NCBI GenBank assembly: GCA_937996685.1
Contig: CALKUP010000002.1
Coordinates: 23,003 to 87,002, forward strand
Origin: an uncultured bacterium
Lineage (GTDB): Bacteria > Patescibacteriota > Patescibacteriia > UBA9570 > XYC2-FULL-38-9
DNA length: 64,000 nucleotides
Direction: 5' to 3'
Shown: piece after piece, positions 48,811-58,837 of the stretch
How the letters are laid out: each line of letters opens with the position of its first letter
Position numbering within the stretch: position 1 is the stretch's first letter
Notes under the pieces: generated by a model
Seen by the model: the letters and a program-made list of their open reading frames with translations, nothing else
The model's database searches: none
What the model was told of the DNA's origin: nothing
Made by a program: the position numbers and the translations under genes

Positions 48811-50310
48811 TTATGCGGTTTGTTGCGCGGTGTACGAATTGTTATTCGCGGGTGTGTCGTTGGTTGATTCCACGACCGTTATTTTGTGTTCTATTTTTGA
48901 AACCAGAAGTCCAATACGATAGCGGATTTCAAGCAGTTGCGATCGCAATGCTTCACTGACGTTTAATGACATTAAGATCGTGCATTGTTGATCAATGTTT
49001 TTCAGATTATCGCGTGCAGGATTGAGTGATCTGACAGAGTCTGCTGCAAAATCGTCAGTAACGTATTCACCGGCTGTGCGTAGCATGCGTAAGTCCATAT
49101 AATCAAGGAGCTCGGTAAATGTTGCTTCAAATGCCGCAATGGACGTTGGCGCGATGGTGTTCATGAGGTCCATTTTATAAATAAATTGGGGAGTCAGGCT
49201 TTCAAAATCTGTTGGAAATAATGACGGCAATCCATTGATTCGACGCTCAACCGCATTGTTTCGCAAGTTACGCATTGCTTGCGCGATGTTTCTGGTTTGC
49301 TCTTTCCAGATATCTGTTGTTGCGGCTTCAATTGCGGGAATAATGAAACTTTCTGCGCCTGTTGTCGTGGCTGCTTCGTCTTCATATCCTTCTTCGTCGT
49401 CTGATGCAGAATTTTCTGGATTCCGTTTTTTCCAATCTGCAAATTCATCAGCACGTTCAGTGAGCTGCGCGAGTAAATCAAGCGCGGCAATAACGGTTGC
49501 TAATTGACCTGGAGAAATATCAACACCGCCTTGCGTGAAGCGCTCTCCGGTGTTTAGTAGATTTTCAATGCCAGAGAATAAATCGCTCAAAGACATTGTG
49601 CCGAGTTCTTTAAGGAGTGGTTGTAATACATCGAGTAAGTTCGCAACGTCTTCGTGATTTGTTCCATCTACATCAAGTATAAAGTCGGTAAAGCGTTTTA
49701 AATCCGCTGCTTGATCAAGTGTTGATCGTGTTTCTGGTTCTGCAAATTCGATGTCAGGATTTCGATTGTCTGTTGGAGTTCGTATTTCACTCTCAGTAGA
49801 GGTGGCGTCTTTTGTTTCTGTGTTCGTAGTTTCGATGGGTGCTTGCTGTCGCGTTGTTTGTTTTTCTGCGACGGGCAAGGTTTTTTGCCAGGCTTGAAAT
49901 GGAACTTTATCAATCCGTGCTTGTTCGATTAAATCAAGTCCCGCATGCACAATATTGCGATAGTCAACTCCGATGGTCATCCCTGCATATTCAAATGGTT
50001 TGTCGTTGTCGAGTGATTCTGCGATATTCGCAAGCAGTTCAAAAATACCAGCATTGCCAGCTTCTTGGATCATCGGCGCGCATTCTGTCAAAAGTTTCAG
50101 TAACTCTTGATATTCTCGCATGGAAAACAAATCATCTTCTCCTTCCATTGTTTCTGCTCGATATTCGATATACTGCTTTAACGTTTTTGCGCCTTCTGGG
50201 GCAGGGAGTAGACCCGCTTCTTTTTCGGATTCAACAGTATGGATTGCTTGTGGGTGTTCTGGTGATTGAGACATACATGAGTAATGGTTATGACAAAATT
50301 GCCGTTGCAA
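48811..50310 (-). CDS. Hypothetical acidic protein
   Basis: Long ORF (499 aa), highly acidic, no recognisable motif. Confidence 0.4.
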   Translation of the reverse strand: MQRQFCHNHYSCMSQSPEHPQAIHTVESEKEAGLLPAPEGAKTLKQYIEYRAETMEGEDDLFSMREYQELLKLLTECAPMIQEAGNAGIFELLANIAESLDNDKPFEYAGMTIGVDYRNIVHAGLDLIEQARIDKVPFQAWQKTLPVAEKQTTRQQAPIETTNTETKDATSTESEIRTPTDNRNPDIEFAEPETRSTLDQAADLKRFTDFILDVDGTNHEDVANLLDVLQPLLKELGTMSLSDLFSGIENLLNTGERFTQGGVDISPGQLATVIAALDLLAQLTERADEFADWKKRNPENSASDDEEGYEDEAATTTGAESFIIPAIEAATTDIWKEQTRNIAQAMRNLRNNAVERRINGLPSLFPTDFESLTPQFIYKMDLMNTIAPTSIAAFEATFTELLDYMDLRMLRTAGEYVTDDFAADSVRSLNPARDNLKNIDQQCTILMSLNVSEALRSQLLEIRYRIGLLVSKIEHKITVVESTNDTPANNNSYTAQQTA

Positions 50311-51253
50311 TCAAAAAATAAATGATGATACTAATCACTTCTTGAATAATTGTGGCGACTGGTCCACTGCCGCTGGCTGGGTCTTGCTTGAACCAATGAA
50401 ATACGTACGGAATAAACAAGCCGGTTGAAATGCATGAAATGATTGAAATCAGAAGTGTCAGGCCAATGACCATCGCAATTTGCATGTCACGAAATAATGC
50501 GACTGTGCCGAGGGCGACCAACGCAGAAATAATAACGCCGATCATTGTGACGATTGAGAGTTGGCGGAGCGTGTAGCGCAGGGTTGGTTTTTGAAAGATT
50601 GCCAAATCGCGAATGACATAGGCTTCGACTTGTGTGCCAACAGCATCGGACATATAGACAACGAGTGGGATAAATGCGGCAAGCAAGACATTTTTTTCTA
50701 ATGTTGCTTCAAATTGGTTGATGATCATTGTTGCTCCAAGGCCACCAACTAAACCAAATAATAACCATGGCAGACGATGCTTCAAAGAGCGTCGCAGTGG
50801 AATTGTTAAAATATCATCATATTGCGGATCAGTGGTATGAATTCCGGAACGTTGAAAAATACGATGATTGAGCTCCGCGTATGTATGCGCCAAAATGTCA
50901 CGGCTGCGCAGCACGCCAAGAAACACACCAGCTTCATCAATCAGCGGTAGGTCGTGGAGCCTGTGTTCTAGCGCCATGTGACTGGCTTGTGTCATTGTCG
51001 CGTCTTTATCAACAGCGACAACGTCAGTGATCATGATGGATTCAAGCGTCGTTTGGGCTGGATGTTGAAAGACTGCTTCAAGGCTGACGATGCCCGTCAG
51101 AACATGCGTGTTGTTAATAACAAAAATAGTATCAATTGGATTCCAACCGTGCTCACTGGACAGGGCGGTGATCACAGTATCGCACGTTGCGCCTTCTTCA
51201 AAGACAGGGACTTGGACGTGAAGATATTCAATGGCATTTTTTTTGTTGTTCAT
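50288..51253 (-). CDS. mgtE: MgtE-family Mg2+ transporter (CBS pair plus MgtE TM domain, no MgtE_N)
   Basis: A CBS pair, then an RLPWLL...GG...FE..LEK....LAAFIPL region matching the MgtE membrane domain. Confidence 0.7.
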   Translation of the reverse strand: MNNKKNAIEYLHVQVPVFEEGATCDTVITALSSEHGWNPIDTIFVINNTHVLTGIVSLEAVFQHPAQTTLESIMITDVVAVDKDATMTQASHMALEHRLHDLPLIDEAGVFLGVLRSRDILAHTYAELNHRIFQRSGIHTTDPQYDDILTIPLRRSLKHRLPWLLFGLVGGLGATMIINQFEATLEKNVLLAAFIPLVVYMSDAVGTQVEAYVIRDLAIFQKPTLRYTLRQLSIVTMIGVIISALVALGTVALFRDMQIAMVIGLTLLISIISCISTGLFIPYVFHWFKQDPASGSGPVATIIQEVISIIIYFLIATAILS

Positions 51254-51306
51254 ATCAGTATACTATCAAATCTCTCAAGCTTTCGCCATGTTTTTGCAGA
51301 TGATGG

Positions 51307-51900
51307 ATGTCCTGGTATACTGTTCCCATGATATATTCAGGTTTTTTCATGCCGGCTTGGGGAGTGTTTGCGCTGGCGGTTCTGGCGCTGCTTTTGGGGA
51401 ATCCGGTTGTAGCAATTGTCTGCATCTATCTTGCGGCCTGGACGTTTGCGCTGGTGACGCGTAATACAGCATTGCAATATCAACTGTGCATTGGTTCGGC
51501 TATTTCATTGGCCTGGATGTCTGTGGGGCATAATCAATATGGATACGCAGAGCATTCCGTCGCATTATTTGGCATTACGATTTTTCCAGTGTTTGCGGTT
51601 CCGTCTGCGTTGATGGGTTTTTATCTGATTTATGAAACAGTGCATACAATGATCCCGAAGAGCACACCTGTGATTGATTGGTCACTGGTTATTTTTCTCG
51701 ATCTGTTTTTAGTCGTTGGAATGGAATATATCGGGTATCATTTTTTTCAAATCCACAATCTCGCAACCAGTCAGTATTCTGGCTTTACGTGGTGTAATTG
51801 TTTTCACGCGCCGTGGTGGATGCAGTTGGCGTACTTTAGTTTCCCTGTGATATTTTTTGCTGCTTTTCGGTTTTTGGAAAAACGCTTCTTACGTAAATAA
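51307..51900 (+). CDS. Hypothetical polytopic membrane protein
   Basis: Multiple hydrophobic helices; no motif recognised. Confidence 0.35.
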   Translation: MSWYTVPMIYSGFFMPAWGVFALAVLALLLGNPVVAIVCIYLAAWTFALVTRNTALQYQLCIGSAISLAWMSVGHNQYGYAEHSVALFGITIFPVFAVPSALMGFYLIYETVHTMIPKSTPVIDWSLVIFLDLFLVVGMEYIGYHFFQIHNLATSQYSGFTWCNCFHAPWWMQLAYFSFPVIFFAAFRFLEKRFLRK

Positions 51901-51926
51901 AAATAGCTGCGCGGCGCAGCTATTTT
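51898..51926. terminator. Bidirectional terminator (perfect palindrome)
   Basis: AAAATAGCTGCGC G GCGCAGCTATTTT between convergent genes. Confidence 0.6.
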
Positions 51927-51949
51927 ACGCATATAGCAGGGAAGTGTAA

Positions 51950-52378
51950 TTACATCCACAGTCCAATAACGCCCGCCATTGCAGCGAGTGTCACAACTTG
52001 GCAGGCAGCTTGAATGCCGATTTGCTTCCACAGAATTTCACGGCTCACACCAGACCACATCACCGCGCCGATGAGAGTTGGGAAGACAACGCCGACAAGG
52101 ATCCACGCAACAGCTTCATAGGAGCTTCCACCAGCGCGTTGTGCAATAACCATAAGATGGGCAAGGACATACGCTTCAATGAATGTGATGACGAGTTGAA
52201 TAATATAGAGCGGGCCAGCCTCTTGTGCTGCGGCCTTTTTTTCGGCATCAGAGCGCTTGTTAAATCCAGTGACAATCATCCACTGTTTTTGAAAGAGCAC
52301 GCTGTACCACAACGCGCCGATAATATATGCCACAACTGTTGCGGCGATGACTGAGAGAAGGCTTACTTGGATATCCAT
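51950..52378 (-). CDS. Small membrane protein (DUF1761-like)
   Basis: Four predicted helices. An ALWYS motif near the N-terminus as in DUF1761. Confidence 0.35.
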   Translation of the reverse strand: MDIQVSLLSVIAATVVAYIIGALWYSVLFQKQWMIVTGFNKRSDAEKKAAAQEAGPLYIIQLVITFIEAYVLAHLMVIAQRAGGSSYEAVAWILVGVVFPTLIGAVMWSGVSREILWKQIGIQAACQVVTLAAMAGVIGLWM

Positions 52379-52472
52379 AGATATAATGGTTACGAATAAT
52401 TATAGTGAGTGTAAATCGTGTCGATAGTTTTGTCTACAATATTCAATCAAGACCTATGGCGCGCACGTTCCA

Positions 52473-53723
52473 ATGTATTTTAGCAGACGCATATCAAGGC
52501 GTAGTATTGCAGTTGGGCATTCTCCGGATAACGGTTTTATTTTTTTGCTATTGAATGCTAGTATTAGCTCTATGACAAAACGAGATCGTGGATTTTTTGA
52601 AAACCGGCGCGAGGCACGTTTTCGTGTTGCAATAGAGAGTGAGGCTGAAAAACAGCGTTTTCATGACCCGCATCCGCGTCCAGAATTTTCATCTGATCGA
52701 GAAATTACTAATGAAGTTTTAGGAAGATATATACGATTTGCGCAGCGCTTAGGACAAATGGAAGATTGGTTACGGCGTCAATCCTTAGATCTATTGTCCA
52801 ATGATCGCATCATCGACATGATTCGTGAGTTGGATATTCCAGCAGGTGAAGGCAATGCTCGCGAACAAATTTTAGAATTTTGTCAGTGGTGGAATGAAGC
52901 TGCTAACCGAGCACTGAAGAAAGAGGGTGATGTCATGACACAAGAGGAGCTGATTGGCGACAAGTCTGTTGATGCTGAGGTATTAGCCGCCCGCTTTTTT
53001 CAACGGTACTTTCATGAGCAACCCGTGGGACGAGTTGAATATGAACGGAAAGGTTTTTTTCTTGTGTTGTACGTAAACGACAAGGCAGATTTTCAAAAAA
53101 CTCTTCAGAAGTCGGAAAGTGGTGACACGGTCGGATTTTTTAAAGCACAGACGTGGGTCGCTGAAGTTCATCCGTTGCTCGATATAAACGAGTATCATGT
53201 TATGTATCAAGAAGAGAATGTTCCATTAATCGTCGTGCGTGCGGAGAAAGGAGCTCCAGAGGCAGAATTTACCTTTGAGCATGAATTACAACACGCGCTT
53301 AATTTTAGTGTGTTTAGGATTCCAAAAAATTACCAACGAGCCAGTGATGTCCATTCATCTCAAGAGGTAAGACGCTTGGTTATTACAGATGAGGTGATTT
53401 CTCATATTCGTAGCGGCGATCCTGAACATTTCCTTGAGCTATATACAGAAGCAGTATATAAAAGGGTATTAGAAAGTTGCGTTTCAGAAACAGATGGCAA
53501 TCCAATAAAAGGAAGTCGAGAAGATTGGTTACGTACACTTGATGACATTAGTACTGCAATGAAAGAATTACGTGGAATACTCGAACCGCGCCATCTCTAT
53601 ACTACGAGAGAGTACCGCTTGGTGGCATATATGCTTACTCAATTTCCCATTGAGCGTTTTGCTGAAGTCATTAGAAAATTTGGCAAGCGCATGGCCGACA
53701 CATTTGGCGAGCATCCTCAATAG
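52473..53723 (+). CDS. Hypothetical protein with HExxH motif (possible metalloprotease-like)
   Basis: FEHELQHALN contains an HExxH motif. The start is probably an internal Met (MTKRDRG...). Tentative. Confidence 0.35.
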   Translation: MYFSRRISRRSIAVGHSPDNGFIFLLLNASISSMTKRDRGFFENRREARFRVAIESEAEKQRFHDPHPRPEFSSDREITNEVLGRYIRFAQRLGQMEDWLRRQSLDLLSNDRIIDMIRELDIPAGEGNAREQILEFCQWWNEAANRALKKEGDVMTQEELIGDKSVDAEVLAARFFQRYFHEQPVGRVEYERKGFFLVLYVNDKADFQKTLQKSESGDTVGFFKAQTWVAEVHPLLDINEYHVMYQEENVPLIVVRAEKGAPEAEFTFEHELQHALNFSVFRIPKNYQRASDVHSSQEVRRLVITDEVISHIRSGDPEHFLELYTEAVYKRVLESCVSETDGNPIKGSREDWLRTLDDISTAMKELRGILEPRHLYTTREYRLVAYMLTQFPIERFAEVIRKFGKRMADTFGEHPQ

Positions 53724-53898
53724 GAATAGACCGTATTTTTTGTATTCCTAATATACCAAATAATCTATGGTTGTATTTTTTTGCTAACCCAGCGTTCCAG
53801 CTTCAAACATAAAAATCCCTTGTTGATGAATGCGCGACTTGGCAAATTCTAGGCACTTAATAAAAAAAGCCGTCAACAATGTGACGACCTTTCTTGTA

Positions 53899-53930
53899 TG
53901 CGGGAGCAAGTGGACGAGTTCAGAACTCTT
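53899..53930. repeat. Degenerate copy of the tRNA-Asp 3' end (candidate distal att site of the island)
   Basis: TGCGGGAGC is a 9/9 match to the tRNA-Asp 3' region (63838-63846 on the + strand), then GACGAG...AACTC partial matches after a 5-nt insertion. Imperfect, so tentative. Confidence 0.3.
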
Positions 53931-54003
53931 AATTGGGTCAAGATCCAAAAGGATTATGACCGCTTGTTTATCCAGTTGCCCGCGTTAGCGAAAGTATAGC
54001 GGA

Positions 54004-55497
54004 TTATAGTTTTTTGAGAAACTGGTAAATCTCGACCATCGCCCATGTGTCCATTTTACAATAGGCGAGTAGATCTTGTGCAATTTGCTGCTTTTCCTCC
54101 TCGTCGATCGATTTTGTCATCATTCGCTCCCAACGCTCGCTGGCTTGGTCACCTTTACGGATGTTCAATTCTTTGTAGGTCAGACTTGGAATAAGGACTG
54201 GGAGTATATTTTTAATACTTGATTTGCCTTTGAAATCAGGATCGACGTAAAGGTTGTTTGTGAAAATTGTTTCAAGGTCAAACATGGTTTCGTTCATTTC
54301 CTCAAAGAATCGTACGTGTTCAGGATGTAGTTGCGCCAGCTTTCGGTTTTGCTTTTTTTCATAAGCCGCGTGCCATGAAACGGCAGTACCTTTTTCCGAC
54401 ATATCTGCAACAAGTTGCTCAACTAAGGGTTTTGTTACTTCAGATTGTTTTTCTGTGATAAGGAACTCCGTATGCTCGACTGATCCGTCTTCATGTAAAA
54501 TGTGGAGAGAGTATTGAAACGGAACATGCTCATATGGCCCAAAACCATCAAAAAGGGGAATAGCTGCAATAAAGCCTTCATAGTCCAAGAAGTAGAGGGG
54601 AAATTGAAGTTCATTGAACATTTCTCGAATTGCCAAGCCATCAACAAAAGGCCTCTTCTGAATGTATGAAGAGATTTGGAGCTGTTGTCGGTCATTGAGT
54701 TTTTCTTCAATGACTTCTTCGAGCGTAAATCTTCCTTCATCGACCCAGTTCATCAGTTTCTTTTTGCTGTTTCCAATGCGATAGAGGTCGTGGATTGAGT
54801 ATTCAGGAACGACGGGGTTTGAATAGGCAAAGCTTGAACAATGAGCACTACGACCCTTGTATACACAATCACAACCGCTTTGTTCGTCCATTGCGAGCCA
54901 AATTTTCATTTCTTCCATTTCTCCCAAAACCTCAACTTCTACGTCTCGGATTTCATTGCTTATGTCTTCTGTAATAAACAGTTGATCATAATCAAGCTCG
55001 CCGTGCTTTCGGTATTCAGAGTTGAGATGTATGACTCCTGTTTTGACAACTCTTGCGCCACATTTTTGAATGACTTGCTTCTGAAAAGCCAAGTCTCTTA
55101 CATGATTACCAACGCCTGTTTTCTTTACTTCATTTGTTGCTTTGACTTCATAGAGCTCCCATCCGTTCAATCTGTTATCCCAAACTAAAACATCTGCACG
55201 AATAAAGAAGTTTTCAAATACGAATGTCCCTTGAAAAATTACCCTTGCCTTATCCGCAATAAGAAGGTTTGTATCTTCTATTGCTGTTGAACCGTGCGTG
55301 CTCACGAGAACACCATCAGGAAAGAGTTTGCGAGCAGCTTCGTCGGCGGCGTTTCCTTCTTCGATGATTTTCTTCTCAAAGTCAGATAGCTCAAAATCCT
55401 CAAAGAGTTCAGGTTTGTATTTTTTGAGCCACAGGTTTTTTCGGCAAAAACTGTACTCAAGGTAGTCGGTTTTTGTGATTTGCATAAGCTTAGCCAA
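54004..55497 (-). CDS. DUF2779-like two-domain nuclease (Cas4/RecB-like PD-(D/E)xK domain with Cys cluster plus C-terminal DEDDy-type exonuclease-like domain)
   Basis: N-terminal D...ELYEVKAT (PD-ExK-like) with Cys at SFCRK and a downstream CDCVYKGRSAHC cluster (Cas4-like C-x2-C-x5-C). The C-terminal region has YFLDYE (Exo I-like DxE) and YCKMD (Exo III YxxxD-like). Confidence 0.45.
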   Translation of the reverse strand: MAKLMQITKTDYLEYSFCRKNLWLKKYKPELFEDFELSDFEKKIIEEGNAADEAARKLFPDGVLVSTHGSTAIEDTNLLIADKARVIFQGTFVFENFFIRADVLVWDNRLNGWELYEVKATNEVKKTGVGNHVRDLAFQKQVIQKCGARVVKTGVIHLNSEYRKHGELDYDQLFITEDISNEIRDVEVEVLGEMEEMKIWLAMDEQSGCDCVYKGRSAHCSSFAYSNPVVPEYSIHDLYRIGNSKKKLMNWVDEGRFTLEEVIEEKLNDRQQLQISSYIQKRPFVDGLAIREMFNELQFPLYFLDYEGFIAAIPLFDGFGPYEHVPFQYSLHILHEDGSVEHTEFLITEKQSEVTKPLVEQLVADMSEKGTAVSWHAAYEKKQNRKLAQLHPEHVRFFEEMNETMFDLETIFTNNLYVDPDFKGKSSIKNILPVLIPSLTYKELNIRKGDQASERWERMMTKSIDEEEKQQIAQDLLAYCKMDTWAMVEIYQFLKKL

Positions 55498-55538
55498 GCA
55501 TACTTGAAAATGATTGTAAACTAAAGTAAAGTCTCGGC

Positions 55539-56711
55539 ATGTTTATTAAAGACCCCGAAAAACATTTGTCAGATCAGGCTTTTTTCAGCTATATCAAGTT
55601 TTTTGACTATGTCGTTTTGAAAAAAGATATTGATAATTATGACGATGATGGAGCATTTAGTATGCGTGATGTCAGCTTAGGTGGTGAGGATCAGGCAATG
55701 GTTTTTAACCGTATCTTGGACGGGGCAATAGCTGTACAGGCATCAGTGATTGCCAAGAAAGGTTATCGTTTTGATGATCAGATGAAGGAAACAAAGGAGG
55801 GGCTAAATGAGAAAGGTACAGATAGTGAAAAAAAGCGTATCTCAAAACTGATCGCATCCATAGAACGTGGAAAGGCTATAACAATCCAAGATGCGGCTGC
55901 ATTGTCATGGTTTTGGTTTGAAGTATACGATAGCATTCGTTTTACTCCTGAGTTGTGCAAAGTAAGCCCTGAAGTCAAAGACAATTTACAATCTGCTATT
56001 GAAGGTTACTTAGATGATTTCATCAATGATAAACTTTCAATTTCAAAAAAGAATTATTATCGGTTTGAGCGTCAAAAAGCCATTTTGATTAAACTGATAG
56101 AAGAAGATAATAAAATTGCAAAGTATGGCAATAATTTTATCATTCGCGAAAAAATAGGCCGTGATGGCTCACTTGAGCGAGCGCCTGATTTTTGCATTGT
56201 TCAAACGGTTTACGCTTTGCAGAAATTAGGATATTTGAAAGTCATGAACGTCTGGGAGGAAAGACAATATAAAGACAATGCCTATGACGATTTGGTTCCC
56301 TTTGTGAACGTCAACATTCTGCTTGATGAAATGTTTATTGAGGAAATCAATAATAGCTATAAGAAAGGAAACCCAAAAAACGTATTTGAAAAATTTGATG
56401 AAAAGCGTGGGGTCTTATTTTTTGCAGGGAAGGAAATTACCATTTCAAAGAAAGGGAAAGAAACGGATGCGATTTTATTGATAAAGACACTCCTTAAAAA
56501 AGAACCGCAAACGTGGAAGTACAACGATGAAATTTTAGAAGATTGGGGATATACGGAAGATGACATGGAAAGGCTTCCGAAGAACAAGGTATATTTTGCT
56601 GCTCAAAAAGCAAATCAGGCGATTGCTTTGGTGGCTCAAATTGATGATTTTATTGAATGTAATACGACAAAAGCGCGTATAAACCCGAAATACATAAAAG
56701 TTGATGGATAA
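55539..56711 (+). CDS. Hypothetical protein (island cargo, unknown function)
   Basis: 390-aa ORF, AT-rich codon usage like the rest of the island. No recognisable motifs. Confidence 0.4.
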   Translation: MFIKDPEKHLSDQAFFSYIKFFDYVVLKKDIDNYDDDGAFSMRDVSLGGEDQAMVFNRILDGAIAVQASVIAKKGYRFDDQMKETKEGLNEKGTDSEKKRISKLIASIERGKAITIQDAAALSWFWFEVYDSIRFTPELCKVSPEVKDNLQSAIEGYLDDFINDKLSISKKNYYRFERQKAILIKLIEEDNKIAKYGNNFIIREKIGRDGSLERAPDFCIVQTVYALQKLGYLKVMNVWEERQYKDNAYDDLVPFVNVNILLDEMFIEEINNSYKKGNPKNVFEKFDEKRGVLFFAGKEITISKKGKETDAILLIKTLLKKEPQTWKYNDEILEDWGYTEDDMERLPKNKVYFAAQKANQAIALVAQIDDFIECNTTKARINPKYIKVDG

Positions 56712-56932
56712 TTGATCAATTTTCGGCAACATTTACAAATACCCTTTCATTTAGTCTGAGGCTACAACCTCAGATTTTATGATTAGCAAACAAGAAGCCA
56801 AAATCAATCAGCTGCAAGATGCGGGCCATGAAATGGTCGATCAGGGCACGCTTTTTGAGTTTTTTGCATTGCTTCTCAAAGTCGATCAGAGGGTGAATCC
56901 ACATCTGTATAATCAACTTAAACAAGAAAATA

Positions 56933-58060
56933 ATGATTGATACAATTATCTTAATCATCCCAAGAGACAAGTTTATCTTTCTCGACCTTTCGAATGAAGG
57001 GGTGTCGAATTGGCATCTACAAAGCCACACCGACGCATACATGAAGTACATAAAAAATCCGAAGGTGCTCGCTAAGCGCACAGGCAAGTATTACCCACGC
57101 CTCACTGAGTATGTTCGCAAGTATGGTAACGATCGAAGTGTCAAAATTGAACTCTCGCTCCCAAAATTGATCTTTCTCAATAATCTTGATGAGCTGGAAG
57201 ACAAGGATTTCGATAGAGTTGTAGAAACACTACAGAGTCGTTTGAAGGAAATGGGAGTAGTAGTTGAACGTAAAGACATTGAAGTAGCAAAGGTCGGCAG
57301 CGTTCATTTTTCTAAAAACATTTTACTGCAAGATGGGTACACGTCGAACTATGTGATTTCTGAAATCGGCAAAATCGATTTACGAAAAACCTTTGACTTC
57401 GCCCGTGCGCGGTACATCAATGACGGTCAAAGTCTTTGTGCGCATACCACTTCACATGAGTTTGTTGTTTACGATAAAATCGCTGATCTACATAAAGGTC
57501 AAAAACGAGCGATTGATAAAGATCAAACTTCATTTCAACTCAGTTTATTCAAAGCCGAGAAAAAAGTATCGTACGAAGTCGTGCGTTTTGAAATTCGTTT
57601 GGCAAAGAAGCAAAAAATGAACAGCGTGCTCACAAAAATTGGTTATGAAAAAGACCCGATATTCAAAGATGTATTTAGTAGCGACCTGAGCATGAAAGTT
57701 GTGAGCCTGTATTGGGAGGGTGTTGTACAGACTAGAAATATCGGTCTATTTGCCACAGAAATGAGCAACAAGGAAAAATTGAGAAAAATTTACAAGCATT
57801 TTCCGAACATCAAACCTGCGCGTGCAATTTACCTTGTTGGCTTATTGAATCTTGCGCGAGAGCAGTACGGAATGGGAGAGTTACGTTCGATAGTAAGCGC
57901 AAAAAGTGGAGACAGAACGTGGTATCGAATAATGTCAGATTTTCGGAGTGTATCGGAGTTGATCGCACTACAAGATATTCGAGGCTGGGTGGGGCAAGTT
58001 AATTCTGCATTCACAAAATACAGACCACTTCGCCTGCAATTGCTAAGTAAAGAAAAGTAA
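56933..58060 (+). CDS. Hypothetical protein (island cargo, unknown function)
   Basis: 375-aa ORF. No catalytic motif identified (I looked for HUH/Rep motifs and found none). Confidence 0.4.
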   Translation: MIDTIILIIPRDKFIFLDLSNEGVSNWHLQSHTDAYMKYIKNPKVLAKRTGKYYPRLTEYVRKYGNDRSVKIELSLPKLIFLNNLDELEDKDFDRVVETLQSRLKEMGVVVERKDIEVAKVGSVHFSKNILLQDGYTSNYVISEIGKIDLRKTFDFARARYINDGQSLCAHTTSHEFVVYDKIADLHKGQKRAIDKDQTSFQLSLFKAEKKVSYEVVRFEIRLAKKQKMNSVLTKIGYEKDPIFKDVFSSDLSMKVVSLYWEGVVQTRNIGLFATEMSNKEKLRKIYKHFPNIKPARAIYLVGLLNLAREQYGMGELRSIVSAKSGDRTWYRIMSDFRSVSELIALQDIRGWVGQVNSAFTKYRPLRLQLLSKEK

Positions 58061-58069
58061 AGTATAATT

Positions 58070-58837
58070 TTGACTATGGTAAATACATTCAAAGGCGTGG
58101 CTTACGAGATTTTGAAAGAGGTGGGTAAGCCCCTTCACGCAGATGAGATTACGAAAATCGCTCTCGAGCGAGGGTGGTTAAACACAGCAGGAAAAACACC
58201 AGCGGCAACGATGAACGCTCAGCTTGTCGTTGATGTAAATAAAAATGGTGAAAAGTCTCTTTTTGTGAAGACTGGACCGAGTACATTTGCTCTCAATTCA
58301 GAAGTTCGATTAGCAAAGAAAACTAGCCTTACAGAAGAGCAGGAAGAAAAGGAGTATGCGGTTTCCAGTACCTTAATGTCGGTTCAAAAGGGAAACATCG
58401 TTGAGGCGCGTGTATCAGAATTAGTGTTATTATATGGAGCGAACTTGTCATGTTATCGGCCACTGACTGATGACGAAGGAATTGATCTGATTGTAAAAGA
58501 AAAAGGGAGTCTCAAATCCATTTACATTCAGATTAAAAGCAACTTTAGTGATGATTTTGGAAAACCGTTTGTGGCAACAGTTCGGAACAAGAGTGTAGTC
58601 GATAATTATGCTATGGCGTATGTGTTCTGTTTATTTGATACTGGAAAAGCTGATGTTCACGATTATATTTGGTTTGTGCCCGCCCCTGATTTTATTCGCA
58701 TGGCAGGTAAAGACAAGAATGATTTACTTGGTTTTGTGTCTGGCAAACAGAAGAAGAGTAGCAACAAGTGGGATGCTTTTATGATTGATAAAAGAGATTT
58801 AGCGAATAGAGTTATGGAGCAATTAAAACGCATATGA
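58070..58837 (+). CDS. HARE-HTH domain fused to a PD-(D/E)xK restriction-endonuclease-like domain
   Basis: N-terminal A.EIL..G.PL...EI......G........P.AT....L motif with ...FALN (HARE-HTH). C-terminal D-EGIDLIV-KEK PD-(D/E)xK core (Mrr-like). Confidence 0.5.
   Translation: MTMVNTFKGVAYEILKEVGKPLHADEITKIALERGWLNTAGKTPAATMNAQLVVDVNKNGEKSLFVKTGPSTFALNSEVRLAKKTSLTEEQEEKEYAVSSTLMSVQKGNIVEARVSELVLLYGANLSCYRPLTDDEGIDLIVKEKGSLKSIYIQIKSNFSDDFGKPFVATVRNKSVVDNYAMAYVFCLFDTGKADVHDYIWFVPAPDFIRMAGKDKNDLLGFVSGKQKKSSNKWDAFMIDKRDLANRVMEQLKRI

Noticed and set aside
56933-58060. Rolling-circle replication initiator (Rep) assignment for the 375-aa island protein
   Set aside because: No HUH motif and no catalytic Tyr context could be identified. 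It is kept as unknown.
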